Assembly (NCBI RefSeq): GCF_006345805.1
Contig: NC_042999.1
Span: forward strand, 170,996,001-171,060,000
Direction of reading: 5' to 3'
DNA from: Octopus sinensis
Lineage: Eukaryota
DNA length: 64,000 nt
Part shown: piece after piece, positions 40,686 through 57,336 of the stretch
Position numbering within the stretch: the stretch's first letter is position 1
Layout: each line of letters begins with the position of its first letter
Program-made: the position numbers and the translations under genes
The notes under the pieces: model-generated
Databases searched by the model: none
Seen by the model: only the letters and a program-made list of their open reading frames with translations
What the model was told of the DNA's origin: nothing

Positions 40686-41720
40686 TTTAGCCCGGTGTTG
40701 CTCTGGATTAAGTTAGGATTATTTAGCTAATGAAGCGTTTTGTGTCAAACCAAACTATCTTACACCGACGTCAAATTTGAGCGCAATTCATTGAAATTGG
40801 TAAATATTTGGCTGAAATTGGGTTGCAGACAAGTTGATTGGGAAATCCTATAAGGAATCTGTTTATTGATTTTTCACCCCAAATAGGGCTTAAGCGAATA
40901 CAACATTGCTGATTCAAAAAATCTATATTTATACTTTAAAGTTGGTTTTCACACCCAACCCAGTTCTGCAGAATCAGTGTCACGACGGGAACGCATGTGT
41001 TGAGAGTTTGACCGGCAGTGTTGATCAGGTTGCACATGCCGGCCCTTTCGAAAGTCCACAATCTAATCCCTCTTGGCCCCTAGGTTGGGAACCCTTCCGG
41101 CAAGGAAAATAGAATGTCCAAAAGGGCTCCAAATCCTCTGTCAGAAGAAGCTATGTTCGGATGGCAACTAAGCCTTAACCTAAGCCTAAGCTAACCTAGC
41201 GAAAGGGAGCCCGGGAGCCTCTAAAAGGCAGCGACTAATCCCTATCTTGTTCTAACCCTTCCTAAGTGTACTATCGGTCAAGGCTGCATCGAAGATCTGC
41301 ATGGGAGAAGGTTGCATGAATGGTTTGCACTGGATAAGGATGCATCGAAGGTTTACATTGGAGATCTGCAGTGAAGAAGGTTGATTCGAAGGTTTGCATT
41401 TGGGATCCGGATTGGAGTAACTTAGGAAGACTTACCAAAAACCTTAACAAAAAATAAGCTGTTGTTATGATGCGTGTACTCTTTATCCCATCTGATTTGT
41501 TGTTTTGAGTGAAAACGTGCCGTTTGAGGTGTTCCACTCATTGGATGATAAGTTTGTTTTTGAGGGGAGGATTAAAGCAGTGATTTATTTCTGGTATCAT
41601 TATATCAACTAAGATTTTATGGCAGGAGATAAGTGTCAGCGAGGGCTATCCTTTGTTTTGAGTCACAGAGTTGTCAATGATCCATCAGCTGTTAAGGTAC
41701 ACGTTCGGTAAATTCCGTAA
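40686..41720 (-). mobile_element. Helitron-like element; 3' terminus at ~40687, left extent uncertain
   Basis: ACTAGCAGTTTAGCCCGGTGTTGCTCTGG is the reverse complement of a subterminal hairpin plus CTAG|T end; internal CCTAA-type repeats at 41170-41200. Confidence 0.45.
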
Positions 41721-42005
41721 AGATATTTTATTTGTTTTTTGAACTGGAAATGCACATTTCGTTTGATGTCAGCATAAACTCAAAAAGAGAGAAAATGACA
41801 GGGTCGTGTGTGTATGTTGATGGTGGGGTGAGAGATAGGAAGTGTGTGTGTATGTGTGTGTGTGTGTGTGAGAGAGAGAGGTGTGCATTGACGTGTGTGT
41901 ATGAGGGAGAGGAAAGTGACAGCGTACATTTTAAAATTTATTTTTCCTCGCATCTTTTTTAAAAGATGCGAGAAAAAGTAAATAAGTAAAATTAACGCTA
42001 TCTCT

Positions 42006-42036
<31 letters not shown>

Positions 42037-42160
42037 ACACACAGTAACACACATTTTCTCTCTCTTTTTCCGACAACACACACATTTCTCTCTCTCTCTC
42101 TCTCTCTCTCAGTCAATCACTCACACAGTCAAAAAGGATGCGAGGAAAAATAAATTTTAA

Positions 42161-42852
42161 GAATATACGCTGTTACTCTTTCCTTCACACACACAAACAC
42201 GCACGCACACACAGCTTACATTTAAAAAAAATTATTTCTCCTCGCAAAATTTTTGAGTGAGTGTGTGAGTGATTGACTGAGAGAGAGAGAGAGGTGTGTG
42301 TGTTGTCAGAAAGAGAGAGAGAGAGATAGAGAGAGGGAAAGTGTGTATTGTTGTGTGTGAGATAGCATAAATTTTATTTATTTACATTTTCTCGCATTTT
42401 TTTAGTGTGTTTTGAGGGATCGAGAGAAAGAGACGGACGTTACACTACCACACTCTCTCTCAGTCATTCACTCATTCAAAAAAGATGAAAGGAAAAATAA
42501 ATTTTAAGAATATACGCTGTTACTCTTTCCTTCACACACACAAACACGCACGCACACACAGCTTACATTTAAAAAAAATTATTTCTCCTCGCAAAATTTT
42601 TGAGTGAGTGTGTGAGTGATTGACTGAGAGAGAGAGAGAGGTGTGTGTTGTCAGAAAGAGAGAGAGAGAGATAGAGAGAGGGAAAGTGTGTATTGTTGTG
42701 TGTGAGATAGCATAAATTTTATTTATTTACATTTTCTCGCATCTTTTTTAGTGTGTTTTGAGGGATCGAGAGAAAGAGACGGACGTTACACTACCACACT
42801 CTCTCTCAGTCATTCACTCATTCAAAAAAGATGAAAGGAAAAATAAATTTAA
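42161..42852 (+). repeat. Direct tandem duplication, 347-bp period, in a region of GA/CA-microsatellite modules
   Basis: gaatatacgctgttactc at 42161 and 42508. Confidence 0.9.
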
Positions 42853-43173
42853 GAAATGTACGCTCTCTCTCCCTCACACACACAATACTGTTCGCCATTG
42901 CAAGCAGTACAACGTGTTGTTTCCAAATTTCTGGCGGATTTTCTCACAGATGGTACACAACTGTGCCTGAGCCTACAATACAGTGTAGTCGACAAAATCA
43001 AAAACAATGCACATGCGCGAAATTCAAAATATAAAATCGTGACATTTTACCTATCGCAACCTATATAATATATATATATATATATACTTTATTTTAAGCA
43101 GCAGAAATTTCAACAAAATCTGTTACTCTGAGTTTCTCGTTGCCGTTCATCAGACAGTTTCTGCTAGAAAAAA

Positions 43174-43211
43174 CTGTCTGATGAACGGCAACGAGAAACT
43201 CAGAGTAACAG
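43174..43211 (+). ncRNA. Near-intact minimal hammerhead; antisense mirror copy in the left arm (43087-43160) of the same hairpin
   Basis: CUGU-CUGAUGA-ACG(GCAA)CGA-GAAACUC-A-GAGUA-ACAG: GNRA-capped stem II with an A.A closing mismatch, palindromic stem III, GUA triplet. Confidence 0.68.
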
Positions 43212-43328
43212 ATTTTGTTGAATTTTCTGCTGCTTAAAATAAAGCATATTACTCTACCACTGGTATTTGAGTACTCTTTTTTCCACCTTGTTTCACATTT
43301 ATGTGTTTACTCCGGTATATATATATAT

Positions 43329-43388
<60 letters not shown>

Positions 43389-43855
43389 TGTGTGGAGAGG
43401 CGCAATGGTCTCAAATTTCGAATCCACTTTGGAAACTTTCAACAGAGCATTGGTGTTCTCACTTCTCAAAGTTGCTGTTGCCTTACTATCTTAACAAATC
43501 TTTGTCCTCGGAGAGTGCTTTGTTTTTTGAATCGATGAAATTGATATCGAGAAGCACTAGATCTGAGCTGTTCAAAGGATGGAGCACCCTTCACCAGCAC
43601 GGTTTTTCAAGAGGTCAATGACTGCATGCTACTTTCAGCGTGGAACCCATTATTTGTCTGCAACAAAAAGAACAGAAAGAAGAATTAATACAGAAATAGC
43701 GTTTCTCTACATGTAGATTTTCTATAGCCTGTACCAGCTAATAATGTCATGCCGACGTTAGCGTTTCTTTCGATACACTATTCATGTCTGTGTGTATTTC
43801 AGAGAACGAGTGTGATAGTATGTATATATATATATATATATATATAGATATATAT

Positions 43856-46370
<2,515 letters not shown>

Positions 46371-46494
46371 TATATGTATATATATGTATATATATGTATA
46401 TATATGTATGTATATATATGTATATATATGTATATATATGTATATTATATATATATATGTAATATATATATATGTATATATGTATATAATATAT

Positions 46495-46550
<56 letters not shown>

Positions 46551-46777
46551 ATGTGTGTATTGATTAACATACAACTTGTATTACAGGACACTGTATTCGT
46601 TAGCCGCAGAATAATTAGGAAGTAAATTTGTGGCGTTTTTCGGGACTATTTTCTGCATATTGTGGTGATGTGCAGCATACATGGTCGCAAAAATATCTTG
46701 TCTCCTTTGCTCTTCACTGTAACACGCATTTTCTTTTCTCCAACCATTCAGTAAACACTGCATGTTTATATGTATAA

Positions 46778-46823
<46 letters not shown>

Positions 46824-47381
46824 ATAATGTCTGGACGTGTGAATGATTGTATGTGCGTACTTAGATAAGTAAGTTAAACAGGCTTACATATGGGAAGAAA
46901 CATTTCGTTCACTTGGCTTTACTGGTCTGTTGTACTTATCAGTAAATTGAATTGAATGTGCTGATAACTGTTACGTTTAATCAATCAAATTTTGTTATGC
47001 AACGGGCCACTGCAACACGTTCTATTTCAGATATATGGAAGATTTCATGGAACATTTAACAGATGTTCAGAAGTATAGATATCTTCTCAGAATAAAAAAT
47101 GAGCTAACCAGTCCTAGTTAAGTTATCATTTAGTAATTGATTCAAGGTGTCTGATATATATCTTACTGAGAAGGCTCGCGACCTTTGCCTCTCTAAATTG
47201 TGGAAGGTTGATCTATTTTATTCCAATCCGCCGTCAAAACACCAAATTCGTCATTATATATCGGAATATTCTCGCATCTGCTGTATTAACTATAGCAATA
47301 GATATTCATTACCTGAATGCACAGTGAATACAAGTAAATGCCAATTCTTCTGTTCCACTCATGTATGCAAAATACAGAAGA

Positions 47382-47714
<333 letters not shown>

Positions 47715-47719
47715 GTGTG

Positions 47720-47757
<38 letters not shown>

Positions 47758-48838
47758 TCAGAGACAAACAGACAGAGGGAGTGAGAGAGAGAGAACGAGA
47801 CAACAGAGAAAGAGATAGAGATAGATGTCACGTCTTGCGGAAGAACACATCTCGTCGCTCAGTTAATGGGACCGTGAATCCATACGCCACGCACTCGGCC
47901 ACGAAGCTGTCAGCACAATGAACGTACATGATCTCCCTACTGAGTTGATTATGAGTGTCTGCCTTGTGCTTGTGCAACTCTTTCTCCTTCCTGTTACCAC
48001 ATGCAAGATTCCCGAAAGGATGTCAAGTTCTTTTTGCAACTACATTACCATCTGGAGACATCATATCCGTTCAAATGATGGATATAGATGGTTTACACAG
48101 ACAGACACACACACTCTCTCTCTCTCACTTTCGCTCCTTCTCTCTCTGTCTCTGTCTGTCTGTCTGTCTGTCTCTTTTACTGTCACACACACCACATATA
48201 CGCGTGCGCGCAACTCTACATAGATGGATTTTTGATTGAAATTGATCATTTATCTAACGAAGCCTGCAGCTTCTTCTTACTAGTTCTTTGTCTACTGCTA
48301 TTGTAAAGTTGTATGATTCTAATGAAATTCTTGTACAATAAGGATAAAATAGTCATAAGTTTATTATTGTTGACGTCTTTCTTCTCACCCTTTTCATGCA
48401 GTCGTATCATCGTAACTTTAATCCTTAAATCAGAGTATGTTTCCTCCTGGAGAATAAGTTAAAAATTCCGTCACTTAATCCGAAAACAGGATTAAAATAT
48501 GTTCTGTTATTGCTGATTTTTGTCCACGAGCGTATTATCTATTGAGCGTAAGGGATTACATGTCCATTACGTACACTGTCGTCTAAAATCGAAAGAAAAT
48601 TCACTCATTTTAACAGCAAACTGAAAGCCCTGAATCCGCAAGACGCAAGCTTAAAGAAACGAGCTGCGATCAGGTGTTTGAACAGATTGCACTACCTTAC
48701 GTTCAGGATCCTCAGACTAACACACTAAAAGCTAGGTGTTAATGTCTGCGCGTGTGCAAGTTAGTATTAAATTAACTCTAAAGCCACAAATCACTCTAAT
48801 TTAATGACTGACAAAGAGAAGTATGTCCCTAGCATATG

Positions 48839-48895
48839 AAGCCGTATCGCGATTTCGAATGTTGGTGCTGACATCTTAATTCTCATCAGCGGCTT
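48839..48895 (-). ncRNA. Minimal type-I hammerhead ribozyme, complete core
   Basis: Minus strand reads AAGCCG-CUGAUGA-GAAU(18 nt)AUUC-GAAAUCGCGAUA-CGGCUU: 6-bp stem I, G-C-closed stem II, perfect palindrome AUCGCGAU as stem III, AUA triplet. Confidence 0.82.
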
Positions 48896-49864
48896 TCAAT
48901 ACCTAGGGTTAAACTCAACTTCCTCTACCAATCATATAAGAAACACCGTTTAAATCATATGCTGATTTTATAAACAGTGTGAGTGTAAACAACTATAAAT
49001 TCTCTCAAATTATTACCATGTTGGATTTCATCACGAAGGAAACCATCTTGATGAGGGGGGCATTGTGTTTCTGTATTTGGAATATTTAAAACGCCACTAA
49101 TACATTTATTGTACCCCTAAAACGGCCGCAGATGATATCCTTTACCCAAATTCACCTGAATCTGTATATATTTATTTTTTCTCCCTATGTATATACCTAA
49201 TTTCGTCCGAATTTTAAAATTTTGAACTCTCATCTGACATTCGTATAAACATCAAATTCTAAATAGATTCGAACAGTTCGTTTGGAAGCCTTTACTTCGA
49301 ATTTTTATCTCTTTATTTGTCACTTCTCTATTCGATACCTGAACCCAACGTTCATCATGCATAGTTTTCACATATGAGTTTTACATATAAATTTAAATGT
49401 ATATTTCGTTGTGTGCTTCAAATTATGCTTTGGAATTGATATTCATTACCTAGATGCGTTCCTTCCATAATCTCCCTTATGTATATAAATGCATACATAC
49501 ATACATACACATACACACATACACGCGTGCCCCCCCACATATATACGAGACGGACTCCTTTCATTTTCTGTCTACCAAATTCCATGCAGAGTTTGGTTGC
49601 TTCGTGGCTATAACAGAAGACACTCGCTCAAGGTGACACGCAGTGAGACTGAACCCAGAAGCATGTGGTTTGGAATCAAGCTTCATACCACATAACCAAA
49701 CACACACGCACACACACACATACACACACACACATATATATAATTATATATATATATATATATAATTTTATATATATATATATATATATGTATATATAAT
49801 TTTATATATATATAATATATATATATATATATGTATATAATTTCATATATATATATGCACTCGT

Positions 49865-49950
49865 GCTAAAAGCATTTTTAAATGGCGGTGCCCCAGCATG
49901 GCCACAGCTTGTGAGCTGAAACTAAGTAAAAATAAAGAAAAATTATAAAA
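49865..49950 (+). mobile_element. Tail-only copy of the same CR1/L2-like LINE
   Basis: aatggcggtgccccagcatggccacagcttgtgagctgaaacta is nearly identical to 56520-56562 and is followed by an A-rich tail. Confidence 0.8.
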
Positions 49951-51989
49951 AAAAAATAAATAAATAAATATATATATATATATATATATATAATTACACA
50001 TGCACTATATATTCGCATGCTCAATTGACGCATATATACACATCGTTGTAGTTCATAATTGTCTATATAAGCTGTATAGTGAAATGTATAGGCTCTATAA
50101 TCTTCTCTCTGAGTGTTTACGTGTATTGTATTATATGCGATTATAAGTGTTTGTATGTGTGGATACTTGTTTCTGTGAGTTTGTAAATAGGTGAGAAATA
50201 CTTAGAAATAAATGTGTTCTATTTCTGAATATTTCTTTTCGGTGTGAGTATTGAAGCAATTTCACCCTAGAGGCATCAATTTAGATTAAGACTTTAAATT
50301 GAAGCCAATCTTTTGCATCTCGCACTTTCAAACCCCAAAACATTTTTAACTAAATCACCATGTTTCTGTACGCTGTCAACCGTAATAGCATGTTGAAAGT
50401 AAAGCCAAATTCCTAGGAGATAAGCAGGATAACGAAGCAGGAAAGATAATTTAGGGTGAGTAGTAAGAGTCTTTTCCATCTTCTTTACCTGCACGTGTTT
50501 TGTGTCTATCTATTATCTATACAATAGTTTCAATGGTTTCATCTCTGTTAGTCTTTAGGCGTATTGATAGGTACATACATACATACATACAGACATACAT
50601 ACACACATACATATATGTGAGTATGTATTTGTGTATGTATACAGATATATGTATGCCTCTGTGTGTGATTATTGTGTATATATATATATATATATATATC
50701 TGTCCTATCGAGCTCTATATATAAATGCTTATTTCCACGTTAAGTTATAAAGGCAATTTTACATTAAAATGATGCATTACACTATACTTTTGGTAGTGTA
50801 CGAATTTATTATTTTTTAACAAGAATAGTACTTACATTAATTTCTAAGTTTCACTCAGTTAAATCATCATCGGCCTGTAATACTTTGAAGTTCATCTTTT
50901 TTTTATACAGACTCTAAAGTTAAATATTTCTCTGGCAGGTGGATCTCCGTTGAATGATAAATAGGTTGTAGGATACGCTGCGCTGATGGTGGTGAGGTTG
51001 ATTAAATTCACACTTGTGTTATTGCTCAGAGTTTAAATTATGTTATTGTTCAGAATTCATTCATGCACATAAGGTTTCTACTCAGGCGTGTCTATTTATG
51101 TGCGCTAGCTTGAGGTCATAGGGTCGATATTTAGGGGTTCTCAAATGAATGAGCATAGGTGAAAGTGTTACTTGGTCAGCAGATATGTAACTACGTTTAG
51201 ATATTGTTGATTTTATTTGGAGACCAGTGAATGTTAATGTGTGTATGTGCATATGTATGTATGCATATACATACATGCTTGTATGTAAATACATACATGT
51301 ATGTATAAGTTTATACATATGTATACACCCACACGCGCGCGCACACACATACACACGGTTCAATATAACTAGCCTAAAAAGGTAACTTGTACATGCATTA
51401 TACGTAATAATGCAAACGATAATTAAAGCATACTTCATAGTCGTCCAGAAAGGTGTGCGTCAAGACTTTTTCGACATAACTACTATAAATTAAAATTTTA
51501 TATACACGCTGAATATTTTCTCGTACCGCTGCTTTGAAATACTTGTGTTATCAAATGGGAGAATTAAACATTGACGAAAAAAACTTAAACGGTTCAAATT
51601 AGTTTTAGATCTAAGAGTTAGAATTGAAAGAAAAGAATGGAATAGCAATACAATGGCGGAAAGACAAAAAGAAAATATGATAGGCGAATGAAGCAGCCAG
51701 TCTGTAACAGTATTGCAAAGCTACATTGTTGGAATATAAATGTCAAAATGGAATTCACATTGTCAGCTTCAGAAATGACTTGCATGTTTATATTGCTGTG
51801 CTTCTAGGTTGTACTAGTGATTTTCATGTTACTTGGTTGCTTTCTTTTTCTGAAAATCCCAGCTTTTCCAGATTGTTTCATAGTCATTTACTCACGATAT
51901 CACTTGCAGCATAAATGTAAATATACATTCTTTATGCAGAAACTACAGGTTTGGTTTTGAAGCGATTGTCCATATTTATTTTCCTTCTT

Positions 51990-52960
51990 TTGATTCTCGG
52001 ATAACTATTTACATCAATATGGCTGCAGATGCGTATGACGGCTCATAATTTATCTCGTCTGAACCGAACAACCATATCTGGCCTGCTACGTGTGCTCTTG
52101 GTAAACGTTTTGATCGGGATGTTCCACCGATATTTCTTGGGTTATTGCTTATGCCTGTATTTAAGATTAATTCAACATCTCTATTTTGGAGGGCCTTGTC
52201 TATTATTTTAGCGACATTGTAATGTGGCATTGGGTAGTATTAACTTGGTGACATTCTTGCAGAATCTGATCACTTGAATGATGTTTTCTAAAGAATTATG
52301 ACATAGTCGATATATTCGTTTGCCTCTTAGGACTCCTCAGTCTTCATTGAATGTTTTATATATTGTTTATTTTTTCGTAGTAACTTCCCTCTCTTGCATT
52401 GCAAAGGCGTAGCCTTCAAATGCGTGATATGATATAGCGGTCACGTGTCCAAGAAAGGCTGTAGTACATGTTGCTATTACCTTCCAATCAGCTGAAAGCA
52501 TAACCAATCATAGTAATTTTTAGCTTGGTATACTGAAGGCTTCACATACAGGTCTTCTTTGTAGTAAGTTAATCAACCGGCTCTGGATTGTTTGTTAGGT
52601 TGTCAAGAATTAAAGTGCTTCTGAGAAGCTCACTGCCCACAGGTAGGATTTCTATTTAACTTGCTGCTTCTCTTTAGCAGGTTCTGTCTGAGGAAGATTG
52701 TACGACCTTCTATTGCTTTCTGACCGACCTTAAATCTCAACCTCTTTCCTCTCTTCTTGGATAGAGCAATTCGATATCGCTGTCTCTGTGAAATTTGCCA
52801 ATTAACGCCAGGACCATGTAGGTTTTAATGTCTCTGCGGACGATTTTCTCTAAAAACCAGTCAAGTATCTCTAATATTGGTATCAGCATTAGAACTGTAG
52901 ATTCATTACAGGTTATTCTCTTGTAAGAAGTGAGTTCCAACTGAAGAATGGTTTTACGTC
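51990..52960 (-). mobile_element. Decayed restriction-like-endonuclease-type non-LTR element (R4/Dong-like), C-terminal region
   Basis: Minus-strand FHRDSDIELLYPRREERG (LYLPRxxGGRGL motif), EGYAFAMQEREVTTK, YRLCHNSLENIIQVIRFC (CCHC knuckle relic) and PHYNVAKIIDKAL (RHNxVAxxIH motif), in canonical order. Confidence 0.7.
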
Positions 52961-55731
52961 TGATGAATTATTCTCGGGTGACTATCTTTATTCACAGTGC
53001 ATTTATGTGGTATCTTTTCATCAGTGTCTTAGTATTTGTAGCATTATTTGTATGGAACGGAGGAGATAGAGAGATAATTGATATACAGACTTTGGTTTCC
53101 GGGGACTAATTTTCCACGTTCAAAAATCAAATATTAAATATTGTTGCGTTTTAGCAATATAAATTTTAAGCATAAACCAGATCATTTACAAAAGTATTGT
53201 GAGTTACATTGGCATCTTTAGCAGTCGCAGACCCACGCATGTAGACTCTCAACGTTCATAACAGAATGATAGTGGATTTGATGCCGTATTAAACAGAAAT
53301 GCAGAAAAACTAATACTCGGAATATCTCCTTTAATTTTCCACTCTCTTTTGTATGAGCAAAAATTGTTGCCTAGGTCGATGTGATCTAACTTAGCTTTTA
53401 CATATGCTAAGTGTAGAGACTTGAATAACCATCACTTGGAAGTAAAGTGCAATGTTCTCTTATAATCAAGCCATTCTGTCACAAGTTTTTGAAGTGTTTC
53501 CTTCTTTCTACACTAAAGCATTGTTTATTAAATGTTGTTGAATATCTCTAGTAGTCTCCCTTCCTTCTATCAGTCATTGTGTTGTCCAGTTCAAAAGAGA
53601 CAACTTGAGTACAACTGGTACTTAACGTTTAAGTAAGCCCTGGACAGGCGTAACATATTACAGGCTATGAAACTTGATATAGTGATTTACTAGAAGTAAA
53701 ATATAAACATACTTTTGCAAATCATAAAAATGTCAGTCGTGTATAAATTCGGTTAAACCAAATTTACAGTTTCTTTATGCTAAGTCTAATTTGATTCAAG
53801 TTTATACGTTGGTTATATAAATTATCAAAACACACACATACACACACCAGCACGCATAAACACACACACATTAAAGGCTCTCCGTAAAATGTACCCCTTA
53901 TGTAGCAGAATTCAACTCATAGGTCTCCTTCACCCTTCGATACCTTGTGTGGAGCTATGTTGAAACTTTCGGGATCGATTGCCTATAATATAGTGTCGAT
54001 GGCAGTACAGTATTCTTATCAAACTGTATTTAGTGAGAGTGCGTTAAATTTCAAATTTGTTTTTATCATTCCACAGAATGATTCAAGAACTTCTTGAGAG
54101 GGGACTTTGGTAACTGCAAAATTTTTCTTCCATGTATGTATGTGCGTATGTATGTATGTATGTATGTATGTATGTATGTATGTATGTATGTATGTATGTA
54201 TGTATGTATGTATGTATGTATGTATGTACGTGTATGTGTGAGTGTGCGTACGTGCTTGTATTATCTTATTTGTATTATCTAATATTTTATCTCTAGTAAA
54301 TCACTACATCAAGTTTCATAGCCTTTAATATGTTACGTCAATGCATTTTTTATTCAAATGAAACTGATCGAAGTATCAGATATGAATATCGATGGATTCA
54401 CAATGACAAAATTATATTTATACATCTAATATATATTCATCTATAATTCCAACTTGAAGTACCTTATTGCAGTTCGTAATTAACGTGATATATTTTCTTA
54501 ATCTTTAAAGCTGATAATATTTCATTCGATCTACTGAACTCTGACAACTATTCTTACAGTTTTTACGTTTCGATTTTAGTGAAACAGGGCTAAACACTAA
54601 ATATATTACTCCTACAAGCTCTTCCAAGATGTTAGATTTATTTTCTCAAAAATGCTACTAAACGCATCAAAGAAAGTGACATCGCCACAATCTCAAAGAA
54701 GGAGAGTGATTAATGCAAATTAAGTGATAGCGATATTTGAACGTTTACCACTAAATGTATGTTACAATGTTTGCTCTAAGAAGGACAGTATAAGTGAAGT
54801 TTTTGAAGTGGCTCTGAATCTATGAAAACAGGGCAGAATAATTATCCTCAACCTATGAACCTTTTCTGAATTCTCACAATGAAACTCTACTGTAGATAGC
54901 CTATATCAAGGTGGTGATATTAAACTTAGTTCCAGATTGTGTTCAACGTCCTAGAAAAAAGAAGTCAATCTGATGGGCTTCCATTCAGATTTCGACAGTG
55001 AATTTCATCAAAGAATCTTTGGTTATTCCGATAAAATTACAGAACACGTTACTTAAAATGTCAACGCTGTGGAGTTGAACTCATTGTTTCAGAAAGAACA
55101 TCTCAACTGCAGAGACAATTTAGGAATCTATAGGCAGAATTCAGTTACACATCAGGACCTGTAAGAGACTAAAAAGTGGAATAGCTCAACATTGATCCAG
55201 CATATGTAGTTTCAATGCCAAACTACTATATTGTTTCAAGCTCTTGTCTAATAGCAACAAATTGAATACTGCGTGACAATTACATTTTTATAAATCTAGT
55301 TGGATAATGTTCTCAAGTCGTGTTTTCCTACAACATCAGTATTTTCATAAAAAATAAATTTAAACGACTTTTAAAGATTAAAAAATATATATATATTGAA
55401 AAATAATATTTCGGAAACCTTTATTATTATGAAGATCACTTCACTAATTTCATTGCTTGAATATAATTAATATCTTATGAGATATTTGTAAAAAGCAAGT
55501 TTGTTATTTTAAATTTAATTCTATCATAATGAATCAAGAAAAATTTCATTTAAGTTATTTCGAAAATGTATGGACAGCGTTTAAATTTTTTAATCTTATA
55601 ATGCAATTCATTTCATAAATTAGAAATATAGGTCATATCAATTTTCTCTAAGTTGAGAAACTGTTAATGAAAATTCGCATTACACATTCATGCAGATGAT
55701 ATTCACATATCTTTCCTCTCTGTCATACGCC

Positions 55732-55803
<72 letters not shown>

Positions 55804-55924
55804 ATATATATATATATAAAATAATAATAATAATAATAATAAATTGAGGGAATATTATTCCAAACTTACAGGAAAAAATTCAATTTAGAAATGCTAAATC
55901 AAATTTCACAAAATATGATATATC

Positions 55925-56590
55925 CTCGGGAGGTCACTGTCCTCTGGAGGACACTTGTCCAAAGCCACTTTGACTATTGCTCTCAGCTATGGTCACCATC
56001 CAGTGTCAAGTTGATCACAGAACTTGAGGCGATCCAACGAAGCTACACGAAGAAGATAGCCTCTGTGCAGCATATAAGCTACTGGGAAAGACTCAAGAGA
56101 TTAAAACTCTATTCCTTGGAGCGTAGGCGAGAAAGATATGCCATAATATACATCTGGAAGATCCTGGAAGGACTTGTCCCAAACTTTGGCATCGAGAGTT
56201 ACACAAATGCCAGAACTGGGCGCCACTGCGTGGTGCCAAGGACTCCAAATTTGCCATCAAGATGTAGGATAAGATACTGTGATAGCCTGGGCTTCAGAGG
56301 CCCACAGCTCTTCAATATCCTCCCGAAGAACCTGAGGGACCTGCATGAGGTGGATGCGGATGTCTTTAAAGTAGGACTGGATCCCTTCCTGTCAGGTGTC
56401 CCGGATGAACCAACTTCACGGCAGGAGGTGCAGATGAGGGCAGCTGCATCGAACTCTCTCATGCACCAAATGGCAGTTGCTAAAAAGCATTCGTGAAGTA
56501 AAATCATGTAGCAACACCAAATGGCGGTGCCCCAGCATGGCCACAGCTCGTGAGCTGAAACTAGATGAAATGAAATGAAATGAAAATGAA
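55925..56590 (+). mobile_element. 5'-truncated CR1/L2-group LINE: RT C-terminus, 3' UTR and (TGAAA)n tail
   Basis: LVQSHFDYCSQLWSP...LEAIQRSYTKKI...YWERLKRLKLYSLERRRER; open to the stop at 56496; tail ...ggcggtgccccagcatggccacagctcgtgagctgaaactag(atgaa)n. Confidence 0.9.
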
Positions 56591-56786
56591 ATAAATTAGG
56601 AAAAAACACCTTTTATGCCAAATATATACGTTTTATTCATTATTGTGCACATTACCTAATCATCGGTATATTATTTTTGATCTTATATTTGATATTTCAA
56701 TTATATGTAATTTTCTAGATGGTTTAATTTAATTTTTCATTTTGAATTGATAAAAGGTGTTTTTTTTATAATTTACATATATATAT

Positions 56787-56829
<43 letters not shown>

Positions 56830-56831
56830 GC

Positions 56832-56863
<32 letters not shown>

Positions 56864-57336
56864 TTAATAAGGATGAGAGAATTAGATACTAATTTAATAG
56901 CATATCTATTCAACACCAAGTGGCCCAGTGCTCCGAGAAACCTGGATTATTATAATATTTTGTAATATATTATAATATTTTATACAAAAATAAATATAAG
57001 AGAGTGGTCACTATATGGCTCACTCTAGCACTAGTTAATCCAAAAGGTTTCAACCACAAAAATATATGTTTCCCATGAAAGTCAGTACGATTGTTAGCTC
57101 ACACGAACAGGGCAAATAAAAAATAACAAAAATTACATCCGACGTTCTCACCCTTATTAATTAATTATAATTATGCTACATTTATTTCTAAATATGGTAT
57201 TTGTCTCCGTGAAAGTTTGGCGCGCTGTTAGTAGGGGCATTTGAATTATAACGTCGGATGTAATCAATTGAACCACACGTGTATTTATCGTTATGGTAAA
57301 ATCTGGCGTGTGATTGAGTGGATTTCATCCAGATAG

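Noticed and set aside
41165-41205. Telomere-like CCTAA repeats
   Set aside because: Short, degenerate and internal to a Helitron-like element; not a telomeric array.
52315-52345. Minus-strand CTGAGGA-GTC...GGC-AAAC
   Set aside because: Missing G12, no stem I or III, and it lies within an R4-like coding relic.
55690-55725. HADDIHISF resembling an RT YADD motif upstream of the LINE
   Set aside because: Isolated, separated by microsatellite and unrelated repeat; likely chance.
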